Below are positions 26,990-38,287 of a stretch of 64,000 nt of DNA, one piece after another. The notes beneath the pieces were generated by a model. It was not told the origin of the DNA. It did not search any database and was given only the letters and a program-made list of their open reading frames with translations. The DNA lies in NCBI GenBank assembly GCA_964016885.1, contig OZ024746.1, forward strand, positions 11,346,001 through 11,410,000, written 5' to 3'. Source of the DNA: Eledone cirrhosa. Lineage: Eukaryota. The position numbers and the translations under genes are program-made. Positions within the stretch are counted from its first letter, which is position 1. Each line of letters starts with the position of its first letter.

Positions 26990-27260
26990 GTATGTATATA
27001 TGTATGTATGTATGTTTTCAATGCCCTGTTTGTCAAAAAAGAAAAAACCCTGCAAGTCACGGAGAAGATTGAAGCGGCTATTAAACATTTATAATAAACA
27101 ACCGGAAGATGGAGCCACCAATGCTAAAGTGAGACATTGCTGCAGTGGTTGCAGTTAGCTCTTCAAACGACATTCAAGATCTCACACTAGGAGAGATCAA
27201 TTATAGGTACAAGAAAAGGTCAAGTTATGCAAAGAGCAGACAACCACCACCACCACCATA

Positions 27261-27402
<142 letters not shown>

Positions 27403-28070
27403 AGAAGTTATGAAACGAAAGGAGCTGTGTGGTTACTAAAACAAGGTTTAGGATGGTGGTTAGGACGGAACAGGAGGAGAAAGGGAAGAAAGGGGTTTCC
27501 ATCGTCAGCTGTAAAGGTATCCCGAACCGATGTTTCGGCGCTGAATTACAGGACATCGGTGTAGTTCGGGTGAGCCCGAGGCCTTTTATTAATCAAAAGA
27601 CCAAGTGGAAAAGGAGAGAGAAGAGAGAGAAAAAAGGAGAGATAAACGGAAAGAGAGGGAAAGGAGGAAGAACAGGGGGGGAAAAGATGAGGAGAGAGGA
27701 AGAAGGAGAAAAATAGGAAAGGAATAGAAGAAAAAAAAGGTGTACAGATCCCATCGTGGGAAGACACAGGTGAAAGAAACATGCAAAAAAGTAACCGTGG
27801 AAAAATAGGGAAAGTAAGTTGTGGCCAACCTGGGAGACTTTAGGCTGGGGGTCAGCTACGACTCAGAGCTGGTATCATCGTGCTGCCTCTCACATAGACA
27901 GGAGAAAGTGAGAGAGAGACGGGCAACCAAAAGTGAGGAGGAAAAGGGAAAAGGAGATAATCTGAAGGTTTTTTTTACGACGGTGGTATAAACGTGCCGC
28001 AAAGATTGCGGACAGAGAGGCCACCACGGCACGTGTAAACATGTCAACAATCAAAACTGAACGGATGGAT

Positions 28071-28101
<31 letters not shown>

Positions 28102-28195
28102 AGAGAGAGAGAGAAACGAGAGTGAGGAGTTGGGAAATTCAACTGATAAGGTATGTTTCCTTGGCTATGTCAAAATTTATAAAACACACTTTGTA

Positions 28196-28254
28196 TTTTA
28201 TCTGATGAAAGCGTACCAAAGTATTTTGGTACCCCTGAAATATATATAATAGAA
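28196..28254 (+). ncRNA. Type I hammerhead ribozyme-like motif
   Basis: TTTTAT-CTGATGA(28202)-AAGC GTACCAAA gtat TTTGGTAC CCCT-GAAA(28237)-T ATAT ATA-ATAGAA. Confidence 0.7.
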
Positions 28255-28624
28255 TAAATATGGTTTTATAAATATAGTTTCCATTTATTTAATATCATTG
28301 TATATATATATATATATATACGTATGTATGTATGTATGTATGTGTGTGTGTGTATGTATGTGTGTGTATCTATGTATGTGTGTGTATCTATGTATGTGTT
28401 CTTCTGGTTTTATAATTTTATAAATTTTCACCAATAGAGAGAGAGTCGGTGTCTAACAGATACAAGACTCTCTCATTGGAATTTATACATCAACTAGGTA
28501 GATATGTATATATGTATGTATATATGCATGTATGTATGTATATGCATGTATGTATATATGCATGTATGTAAGTATGTATATATGCATGCATGTATGTATG
28601 TATGTATGTATGTATGTATGTATG

Positions 28625-29235
28625 TCAAGTCACCAGTTGGTGCTACTGGTAACATGTATCCCAGTACAACCTGTTTCATGGTCGGGTCGTTGGCGACTAA
28701 ACTGGCAACCCCACCAAGTTTTCTTGGCGAGGAGGGTGACTTTGGACATCCTGCAGGACTAAAAACAAAACCTGTCAAAGGGCAAAGGAGCTCTTAAGAG
28801 TCAATGGCCATCCAAAATCACCGGGAGAGATGACCCCTTAGCCTTTGTCAAGGCAGAATTCTAGGAGAAGGAAAACTCTGATATAACACCTGCAACCCTG
28901 ATGGTATCCAATGATGTTGACTTGTTCTTCTTTTTGGTAAATATCATCTTGGTTAAGAGAGTGGGACTGGCTTTGTGCAGTGCCTTTGCTCACTATAAAA
29001 GCTTCACGGCACAGGCATTGCTTTATATCTGGAGATCTCTCTGCACTTGTCGTCACATGGTACCATGGGCCCAGCACTATGTGTCAATAATTGTCACAGG
29101 TGTAGTCTTTGTACCAGAGTTTTCAAGTCGCTGGCTGGACTAAAAAGTCACGCTTGTTCAGCGCATTGGTAGGGGTCCTCCTACATGGATATAAAGTAGT
29201 GGCCGTACTCGAAAACGAGTTGGCAGCCACCACCA
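28625..29235 (+). mobile_element. Non-autonomous RTE-related element (about 610 bp) inside (TATG)n
   Basis: Contains the RTE-5'UTR-like TAGGAGAAGGAAAACTCTGA. The 3' end GGCCGTACTCGAAAACGAGTTGGCAGCCACC runs into a microsatellite. The 3' 410 bp is nearly identical to 930-1342. Confidence 0.65.
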
Positions 29236-31143
29236 TGTGTGTATGTATGTATGAAAATCATTATATCTGTCGTTCTAACTACTCTGTCAATTCGCTGTTT
29301 AATAGATCCCTATAAATCATTACTGTAGCGATAAATGATTCAGTACAGTATTTCATCATCTTGACGAGCTCATCGTTTCTTTTATGTCTTCGTTTCACTC
29401 AGTGAATATCACAACAAAACTGAAAGTAAAGTAGTCTATGGACTGACAATATACATAACGTGTTTTATTGATTTTTGGTTATTTCATAAATCTATAATTA
29501 TAATAATAGCCATTTTGTTTTTAAATTGTAGCCTACGTGTTACATCAACAATGAAGTATTTTATAGTAGAGTGGATCAGCATCATACAAGCTGTTATAGA
29601 ACATTAAAACCAACAATTCTGCTAAAACTCTTCTTGTTCAATGGTCTGTTAACTACTGCTTCCTGTTATGACATGCGCAGTGATCGATTTAATGGCGTGA
29701 ACTGAAACACATTACGACATCAGTATACAGTTAGGTGGAGGATTGGCGGATTAGTTAGAACTTCCTAAGACACACCGTATGTCACAATGGTGCCACTACG
29801 ACACCAAGAGTTACTGATTCATACAAAACTATTCATCTTACAATTCGCAAAGAAAAATTCTAACAAGATGTGTGATGCGAAGACTTTATCGATGACTTCC
29901 ATTTCCTTTGTTTATATATCATCATTTGACTTATTTCCAGCTAAGTACACCGTGTACTGGGCTCATTGCGACTTATACACAGATTACAGACCTGCCAACC
30001 TCTAAAGCCCGAACGGGGAGTACCATGAAATAAAGTGCCCCAAAACGAGAAGAAATAAGGCAAAATGGGGAGATTTTACATAATGACAGCTATAGCCATT
30101 TTCACAAGAGAAGAGATCTCCCCGTGGGACGAGAGAGTTGACAGGTCTGGGATTAACTTAGTAGCATGTGTAACATTTGCTACAGGCTCCGCGCTAAGTT
30201 ATTTATATTATAATATTATACTGCCTTTAACCTTTATGTCACATTTTTAAAATTTAATTTAAGGTCCCTTTATAGTATATGCTAGAAGCCCCGTTATTCT
30301 AAATTAATCCAATGATATCAGTATAGAAGCCGAATATTGTGCAAGTGCTAGACTTGTAAAGCTCATATTTTTTCCTGTGGTGTTTGTACATATACTTCAA
30401 TAAGGAACTAAATCCGGATTGCACACGCAATTTCCGAATTCCACTCATCGGAAGCTCTCTTTTAACAAATAGTATTCAGCCCTCGCCACGCTTATTAATA
30501 TTTCAGATTTTTTTTCTACCACCCTTCCCCCGCTCTTATTCCAACTCCCCCGCTTATTAAATTTTACTAATATCCATCTCCAGCGAAATTTTATTTTAAA
30601 TGGTAGCATTCCTGCAAAAACTAATTTTCTTTATACAAAAAAAAGGACTTACAAGAAATCTCGTGTTATATAACAAATAGGTTGGTGTCTCAATATGTAG
30701 ACTATACGACTAATTCTGATTTTTTTTTTTAAATGAAAGAAGACAACCTAGAAAAATTACAGATTTTCCCTCATGAACTTATTCCCCCCACTCGCGCCCC
30801 CGCATTATTTGGGACCCGAGAGTACTTCATTAATGAAGTGTAATCGTTTCGAAAAGAAACAAGTCGATCTCCTAACGAAGAAATTAGGATCTGGTTTCTA
30901 TCAAATCTATATCAGTTGCTCTTATCTCAAACAAAGCTACACAGTAAGGTGAAGCGAGGCAAAAACAAAGTGTATTTACTAATGAAACTCCTTAGTACGG
31001 TACATATCAGAATTAAGAAGCAACTTCACTTATCTTTATCTAATAGATGGATGATATGGCAAAGAGAAATTAATGGCCTACGTTTCTACAGCTAATAAGA
31101 GATAGTTTAAGTGGTATTTTCTATCTTACAGAAACATACTTAG

Positions 31144-31221
<78 letters not shown>

Positions 31222-31243
31222 TCTATCTCTATCTATCTCTCTC

Positions 31244-31318
<75 letters not shown>

Positions 31319-31345
31319 ATGTCTATCTCTATCTATCTATCTCTC

Positions 31346-31412
<67 letters not shown>

Positions 31413-31433
31413 CTCTCTCTCTCTATATATATA

Positions 31434-31581
31434 TATTAAAATAACAGGTTAAAGTTTAAGCAAAGAATCGCTGCGTTCACCCTTAACGGGATCTTCTGAA
31501 ACTAAAAAAGCCAATCTGTGAACGCAGAAGTAAATATTTCAAAAAAATTCTTTGCTTAAACTTTAATCTGTTATTTTAATA
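31434..31581. repeat. Inverted repeat, 35-bp arms, with an internal 10-bp inverted repeat
   Basis: 31434-31468 versus 31547-31581 (1 mismatch). The inner pair is CTGCGTTCAC/GTGAACGCAG. It starts at a (TA)n tract. Confidence 0.85.
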
Positions 31582-31657
31582 AATATTTGCTCTACAGTTC
31601 TTATATATTTTATATATTTATCCTTATCGAGCCTTCTTTGGATTTTAGTCTTCAAAT

Positions 31658-31746
<89 letters not shown>

Positions 31747-32883
31747 TTATATATATATATGTATATATATATTTAACGAAGGGTATAATAAGTAATTGTT
31801 AAATGGATTAACACGGTTATTAGATGAAATAACAATAATAAGAAGAATAAAAATAATAACGAGAATATAAAAAATAAATGATTTGGTTTATATATGGTTT
31901 ACTTCACGTGAATCAATTAAAAAGTACATATAAAACAGTTACCAAGAGTTGTTAATTTTGTTATTGTTGTTGATGTGAAAACAACGAGCAAACAGATAAT
32001 GTTGTTGTTGTTATTTGGAGTCCGTGGTAGTAATTCTGAGACTGTAGTGAGTGAGAGAGAGTAATGGTTTGTATACCTCTGAATGGTCTGTAATTGGTTG
32101 TTGACCACTGTGGCTTGTACATGGTCTGTAGTAGTAGGGCTCCACTCTCTCTCTCTCTGTATCTGTAGGCCTCATGGGGTCTGTTGATAGTGGTGAATCC
32201 TTACATAGTTAGTTGCTAGCGTAATGCCCTGATGTCTCTGGCTGTAGACGACTGGAGTCTATTGATAGCAGTGAATCCTTACATAGTTTGTTATAGGTGT
32301 AATGCTCCGATGTATCTGAGCAAAGTAGGATGGTACAGGCTCTATATATAGCTGTCACTTTCTGTCTCCCACCCTGAGGGGATAGTTAACACATCAACCT
32401 GTCTACACCAAAAGGGTGTTGACCTAGAATTTGACCTTTAGGTGTCACCCAAGGTTCAAGGCGCGGACATATTTCGCTACATATATATATATGGCACTCT
32501 CTCTTTCGTCCTCACTCATGCACTTATATTTTTATATGGTTGACGGTAAATATATTGGGTGGGGGGGGAGGTCTATATACAAAATACAACAAACAGTAGG
32601 GTGTAACGTGTGTAAAATAGTTAGTTGAAAAACCTCTGCTCAACTCACATTATCCAAGAAATTATTAGACAAATCTCCCTCATGTGGTGTTTGAAATCTG
32701 TAAAACACGCAAGGGAAAGAACTCTGATCAGATCAGCTGATTGAAATGTTCGGACACTACACACAATATGGTTTGAAATTAATCTGGTTTTAAAAACCAA
32801 ATAGCGAAAGCAACGCACTTGTTTTGGTCTTATTAGAATTCCTCACTGAAGCCTATTTTATTTGGCAAGTCTGTTAGTGATCA

Positions 32884-32922
<39 letters not shown>

Positions 32923-32988
32923 CGTTATTCCGGGTTGAATCGGAGGTAACCACAGTAAGTAAGGTACTCAATACATTGCAGAGTATAA

Positions 32989-33123
32989 AAGTTTTAATAT
33001 AGATGAGATTCTACAGGACTAGAACTGTTTCATTCTTTAGAAATCATCAGGAATCTCAGGATTCCTGATGATTTCTAAAGAATGAAACAGTTCTAGTCCT
33101 GTAGAATCTCATCTATATTAAAA

Positions 33124-33126
<3 letters not shown>
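32989..33126. repeat. Perfect palindrome, 67-bp arms and 4-nt loop, between (TA)n tracts
   Basis: 32989-33055 versus 33060-33126. Confidence 0.93.
33005..33057 (-). ncRNA. Type I hammerhead ribozyme-like motif (mirror copy on + at 33060-33110)
   Basis: Minus strand reads GAGAUUC-CUGAUGA-U(UUC UAAA GAA)U-GAA-ACAG uucuaguc CUGU-A-GAAUCUC. This gives a 7-bp stem I, the canonical core, a 4-bp stem III and a GUA triplet. Confidence 0.75.
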
Positions 33127-33212
<86 letters not shown>

Positions 33213-33243
33213 CAAAATATTACATAATCAAAACATTTACATA

Positions 33244-33478
33244 ATCAAAATATATGTTTTATTATATATATTTCGGAGGTACTGTGCTGTTTTTTCAGTA
33301 CGTCCTCATCAGATAAAATATATGAATTGATGTATGACATACCTCAACTGTGTTGATGGTTCAATTTCAGTCTTGGCAATCTTATATTCTTATAGTCTTA
33401 TCTTGAAGTATGATGAGGACGTACTGAAAAAACAGCACAGTACCTCCGAAATGTATATAATAAAACATATATTTTGAT
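33244..33478. repeat. Inverted repeat, 68-bp arms and about 99-nt spacer
   Basis: 33244-33311 versus 33411-33478, 1 mismatch. Confidence 0.9.
33252..33323 (-). ncRNA. Type I hammerhead ribozyme-like motif
   Basis: Minus strand reads UUUUAU-CUGAUGA-GGAcGUACUG...CAGUACcUCC-GAAA-U AUAU AUA-AUAAAA. It has a canonical G-C at the base of stem II, a minimal stem III with palindromic loop and an AUA triplet. Confidence 0.78.
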
Positions 33479-33549
33479 ATGGGGGAGAGTTAAGTTCTCT
33501 TTGTCATTGAAGTAAATAAATGTTTGACCGTTCCACACTCAAAAACAAA

Positions 33550-33630
<81 letters not shown>

Positions 33631-33972
33631 TCCCTCTCTTCTCTCTCTCTCTCTCTCTCTCTCTTCGGCGTTCCTAAAGGAAGTTTGTAAGCATGTATGC
33701 AGCTTTATCGAATTTGAAGGGGAGTAGAGAGAGGTGAGCAGATTCTATTAGAGGGGTAAAGCGTCATGTATTTAGTTTTATCGAATATTTCCATAATTCT
33801 GGGTGAGTTTGAATGGAATAAATAGTTGTTGACCTAAGTTAGACCATTTACAACATTTTTACAGACATTGAGTCGAATCTGTTTTAAATTGTGTAAATGT
33901 ATAAACATGGAACATGTGCACACACACACACAACAACAACAACAACAACAACAATCTGCCTTTTATAGATAA

Positions 33973-34043
<71 letters not shown>

Positions 34044-34181
34044 CAGAAGCGATATTCAACTTGTTGGTAATTCAACAAATATAAATGTTTATAACTGATT
34101 CAGAGCACTCAACAAATTTTCTGGAGTATGATATACAATGATATTAAATAAATGGAAACTATATTTATAAAACCATATTTA

Positions 34182-34238
34182 TTCTATTATATATATTTCA
34201 AGGGTACCAAAATTTTGGTACGCTATCATCAGATAAAA
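34182..34238 (-). ncRNA. Type I hammerhead ribozyme-like motif
   Basis: Minus strand reads UUUUAU-CUGAUGA-UAGC GUACCAAAAUUUUGGUAC CCU-GAAA-U AUAU AUA-AUAGAA. Same scaffold as the motifs at 33252 and 28196. Confidence 0.68.
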
Positions 34239-34355
34239 TACAAAATGTTTTATAAATATTTGACATAACCAAGGATAATATACCTTAACGGTTCCAGTCA
34301 TTATGTCAAATATTTATAAAACATTTTGTATTTTATCTGATGATAGCGTACCAAA

Positions 34356-34357
<2 letters not shown>
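34212..34357. repeat. Inverted repeat, 57-bp arms and 32-nt spacer, in an element bounded by (TA)n
   Basis: 34212-34268 versus 34301-34357. The element body (about 34041-34270) recurs at about 13497-13672 and, inverted, at about 28160-28300. Confidence 0.9.
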
Positions 34358-34434
<77 letters not shown>

Positions 34435-34514
34435 CCCCCCCCCACTCTCCTGAGCGTGAATTTAATAAACATTTATTGTACTGCCTCTCTGTTCTGTCCC
34501 TGTTCAAATTTTTC

Positions 34515-34576
<62 letters not shown>

Positions 34577-34685
34577 CATTTATAACAAAGAAGGTGTCGT
34601 AAGATACCAGGGGGACCATAACGCACCAGAGTACTGAATACTTAGGATAGTAGAGTGGGTAATATGAAAAGAGTCAAGATCCCAC

Positions 34686-34762
34686 CGGCTGAGCTCCAGC
34701 CGTTTCGACAGCTAGATCCGAACTATTCGGATCTAGCTGTCGAAACGGCCGGAGCTCAGCCG
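34686..34762. repeat. GC-rich palindrome, 37-bp arms and 3-nt loop
   Basis: 34686-34722 versus 34726-34762, 1 mismatch. The host element (about 34585-34780) is related to about 21895-22015. Confidence 0.9.
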
Positions 34763-34791
34763 TCGGGGTCCTGACACTTTTCATATACATG

Positions 34792-34823
<32 letters not shown>

Positions 34824-34922
34824 TAGAGAGAGAGGGGGGGTGGGGGAACGGGCAGTCGATCCATCCAAGAACACACGCCTTGTCCGTTCCCTTGTCGTTC
34901 CTGTTTGGATTGCCTTAAGAAA

Positions 34923-34995
34923 CTGTCTGATGATGTCACGACACTGAGTACACAGAATCGTGTGGCCACTGTCGTCATTGAAATATGTATCATAG
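34923..34995 (+). ncRNA. Type I hammerhead ribozyme-like motif
   Basis: CTGT-CTGATGA(34927)-TGTC ACGACA...TGTCGT CATT-GAAA(34980)-T ATGT ATC-ATAG, with an AUC triplet. Confidence 0.65.
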
Positions 34996-35047
34996 CATTA
35001 CCAATAAAGAACTTTAACACCTGAAACTACTTCGCATTTTCTCATTA

Positions 35048-35145
<98 letters not shown>

Positions 35146-36358
35146 TGTTTGTTGTAATTAGTTACAGATATTTTCGATACTTGAATGAGTGAAATATGAC
35201 AGGGACTCCGAAAGAGTTTGAACACTTACTACCAGGTCTGTCGCCATGGGAAGGTTTCAATAGTGCACTTTGGGATATAGATAATTTATGCTGATACGCT
35301 TATTTCGAAATACCACTTTAGAATTATTACGAATTAGAAAACTCACACAGATTTTTCTGAAGACTCACCCAACCCGAACCCACATCCCCCCTTGAGCACC
35401 AAAGTCTAACGACGGGTCTAGTGAAGGTACTAGATTATATTAACGTTTTGTAAAGCAGCTTTTACAACTTGTGGTTGCTTTCTTATCTTATAATTTAAAC
35501 CAAGTTTTAAGACAATATTGTCAAGAACAGCAAACATGATCTGTATTTTCCATTACACCGTAGTTATAAAAATAAAAACATTATCATTACATAAAAGAAA
35601 CGTCGGAGACTTATGAAGTAGAAAAGAAACAGTCTGAAAATTATCTGGAATGGGGCGAATATCCTAAACGGAATTTCGGATATGTCGATAATTTTTTTTA
35701 ATATATGTTGAAGGGAGATAAATCGTGAAATCTTTTTTGAGTTATTTACCATTGTATCTAACCAAGTTAGACACTAATCTATTGGTTTTAATGATTGTTT
35801 CTACTTTAGGCACAAGGCCAGCAGTGTGTGACTGGTACTTTATTTTATCGACCCCGTAAAGATGAAAGGCAAAGCTAACCTCGGCAAGATGTATGTGTGT
35901 AGATATTTATATTTTTTGCGTTCCTTGTTTATCAAAGAAACAAGTATACGATCAGAGAATGAAGGAATACTGTATTTTTTGGTACATGTGATATAGAAAA
36001 TTGTGTTAGGAGCGGACAATAAATTGATTAAATAACAGGGAGTTCTATTCACATAAATACATAAAAGAGCAGACGAGAGACGGAGTTAGAGAGAAAACAC
36101 ACGCCTCCCCCATATATATATATAATATATTTGTTCGACACTCAAATGATTGAAATCAAAGTTGACCTCGGTGGGATTTGAACATTGAGTGCAGAAAGTG
36201 TTTGAATTTCAATCGGTTGCTTTCAAGAAATAATAATTTTTTTAGATAGAAGATCATTGGATATTATAATCACATATGTAAATATTGCCTTTTGGAAGAG
36301 TTCAATACAATGTATAAATATGAAGTTTGTGGTAGGCTGTTTTACTACAACAGCTGTG

Positions 36359-36880
36359 ATGAGAGAAATTGTTCTTTTACAAACTGGGCAGTGTGGTAAC
36401 CAGATTGGCTCTAATTTCTGGGAAATTATTTCTGATGAACATGGTCTAGATTCTAATGGAATTTATATTGGTGATAATGAATTACAAGTTGAGAGACTTG
36501 ATGTCTATTATAACGAAGCTACTGGAGGTAAATATGTACCGCGTGCTATTCTTGTTGATCTGGAACCGGGTACAATGGATTGTATTCGTTCAGGTCCACT
36601 CGGTAAACTATTCCGTCCAGATAATTTCGTGTTTGGCCAAAATGGAGCTGGTAACAACTGGGCGAAAGGCCATTACACAGACGGTGCTGAATTAGTCGAA
36701 GTTGTTATGGATGTAGTTCGTAAAGAGGTTGAGGGTTGTGACTGCCTTCAAGGTTTCCAATTGACTCATTCACTTGGTGGAGGTACTGGATCTGGTATGG
36801 GGACTTTACAATTGAACAAGATCCGGGAAGAGTATCCTGATAGAATGATAAATACATTTTCTATTGTTCCTTCACCCAAA
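36359..36880 (+). CDS. TUBB: Beta-tubulin, coding exon 1 (codons 1-174)
   Basis: ATG at 36359 gives [17 protein letters not shown]...; also [22 protein letters not shown] and the GGGTGSG tubulin signature. It ends at ...VPSPK, followed by a GTAAGT donor at 36881 (phase 0). Confidence 0.96.
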
Positions 36881-37471
36881 GTAAGTAGTTTCCGTCGTTT
36901 ATCCTTTCGTTAATACCTTTAGTTCTTTCAATAGTGCTTAGTATTCTTGCAGCCGAACCAAATCAATTTCTGTGACCGATATCTTATTCAATATTTATTT
37001 TTTTATAGAAGACTATTTACTTTCCTGTCAAGCCAAAATATCAATTTGAATATATTGAACCCAGTACCTGAATGGTTCTCTTTCATGTTTGGCATATTTC
37101 ACATCTACAAAAATGTCGTAAAGCATTTTGTTTGAGGTCTTTGGTTCTGCCGTCGACCGTCTCAAAGTTTAGAATTATTTTAATTTTAAAATAGTACTTG
37201 TTATATATTGGAGCTAATTTCCACAAAATACATATTACACTTCCGTCGTAGCTATTGAGGCTGCCTGTATGTCCGATATATCTAAATTGTATATTGTGAG
37301 ACACTTACATAAGTAAGACTTTGTAATTCTAAGCTTATTTTATTACGAATTTCTAACATTATAAATTCCTGTTAGGACATTTGTAAAGCGAATTGACATA
37401 ATTTAGGATCCAATTTCTTGCTTTAGTATCCATCATTCCATTTAAAATTATTTTTTGTTTTTGTCACGCAG

Positions 37472-38287
37472 GTGTCTGATACTGTGGTAGAACCGTATAA
37501 TACGATATTGTCAATACACCAACTGGTGGAAAATACAGATGAAACTTTCTTCATAGACAATGAGGCATTGTATGACATCTGTTTCCGTACTTTGAAACTT
37601 CTTACTCCTACCTATGGGGACTTAAATAATTTAATCTCGAAGGCAATGGCCGGTGTTACGACATGTCTGAGGTTCCCAGGTCAATTAAATGCCGACCTTC
37701 GTAAACTTGCTGTCAATATGGTGCCATTTCCTAGGACACATTTCTTCATACCTGGCTTCGCCCCCCTAACAGCTCGAGGTAGCCAGCAATATAGAGCTTT
37801 GTCTGTAGCAGAACTTACACAGCAGATGTTTGATTCTAAGAATATGATGACTGCCTGTGATCCAAACCACGGCCGCTACTTGACGGTTGCTACTATATTC
37901 CGAGGCTGTATGTCTATGAAGGAGGTTGATGATCAAATGACAAATATACAGGATAAGAATAGTAGCTACTTTGTTGATTGGATTCCAAACAATATAAAAA
38001 CAGCCGTCTGTGATATTGCTCCGCGTGGACTAAAAATGTCTGGTGTGTTTATAGGTAACAATACAGCTATCCAGGAGATATTTATACGAGTCTCTCATCA
38101 GTTCGCGGCTATGTTTAAGCGTAAAGCTTTCCTACATTGGTACACTGGAGAGGGTATGGATGAGATGGAATTCACAGAAGCTGAGTCTAACGTCTATGAT
38201 TTAATCTCAGAGTACCAGCAATACCAGGAAGCTACTGTTGAAGATAAAATTGAATTTGATGATGATGACGAAGACTTGGAAAATTAA
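37472..38287 (+). CDS. TUBB: Beta-tubulin, coding exon 2 (codons 175-445, TAA)
   Basis: A pyrimidine tract and GCAG acceptor end at 37471. It resumes [10 protein letters not shown] and includes [43 protein letters not shown] and an acidic tail. AATAAA at 38401. Spliced protein is 445 aa. Confidence 0.96.
   Translation: MSDTVVEPYNTILSIHQLVENTDETFFIDNEALYDICFRTLKLLTPTYGDLNNLISKAMAGVTTCLRFPGQLNADLRKLAVNMVPFPRTHFFIPGFAPLTARGSQQYRALSVAELTQQMFDSKNMMTACDPNHGRYLTVATIFRGCMSMKEVDDQMTNIQDKNSSYFVDWIPNNIKTAVCDIAPRGLKMSGVFIGNNTAIQEIFIRVSHQFAAMFKRKAFLHWYTGEGMDEMEFTEAESNVYDLISEYQQYQEATVEDKIEFDDDDEDLEN

Noticed and set aside
33411-33465. Plus-strand hammerhead in the right arm (also 34337+)
   Set aside because: The 33411 arm lacks C3 and the 5' strand of stem I. 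The 34337 arm is truncated before GAAA.
36257-36358. N-terminal extension of tubulin in the ORF track (likewise 41682 for POLR1C)
   Set aside because: These are non-ATG starts. The conserved MREI start is at 36359 and the POLR1C ATG is at 41715.
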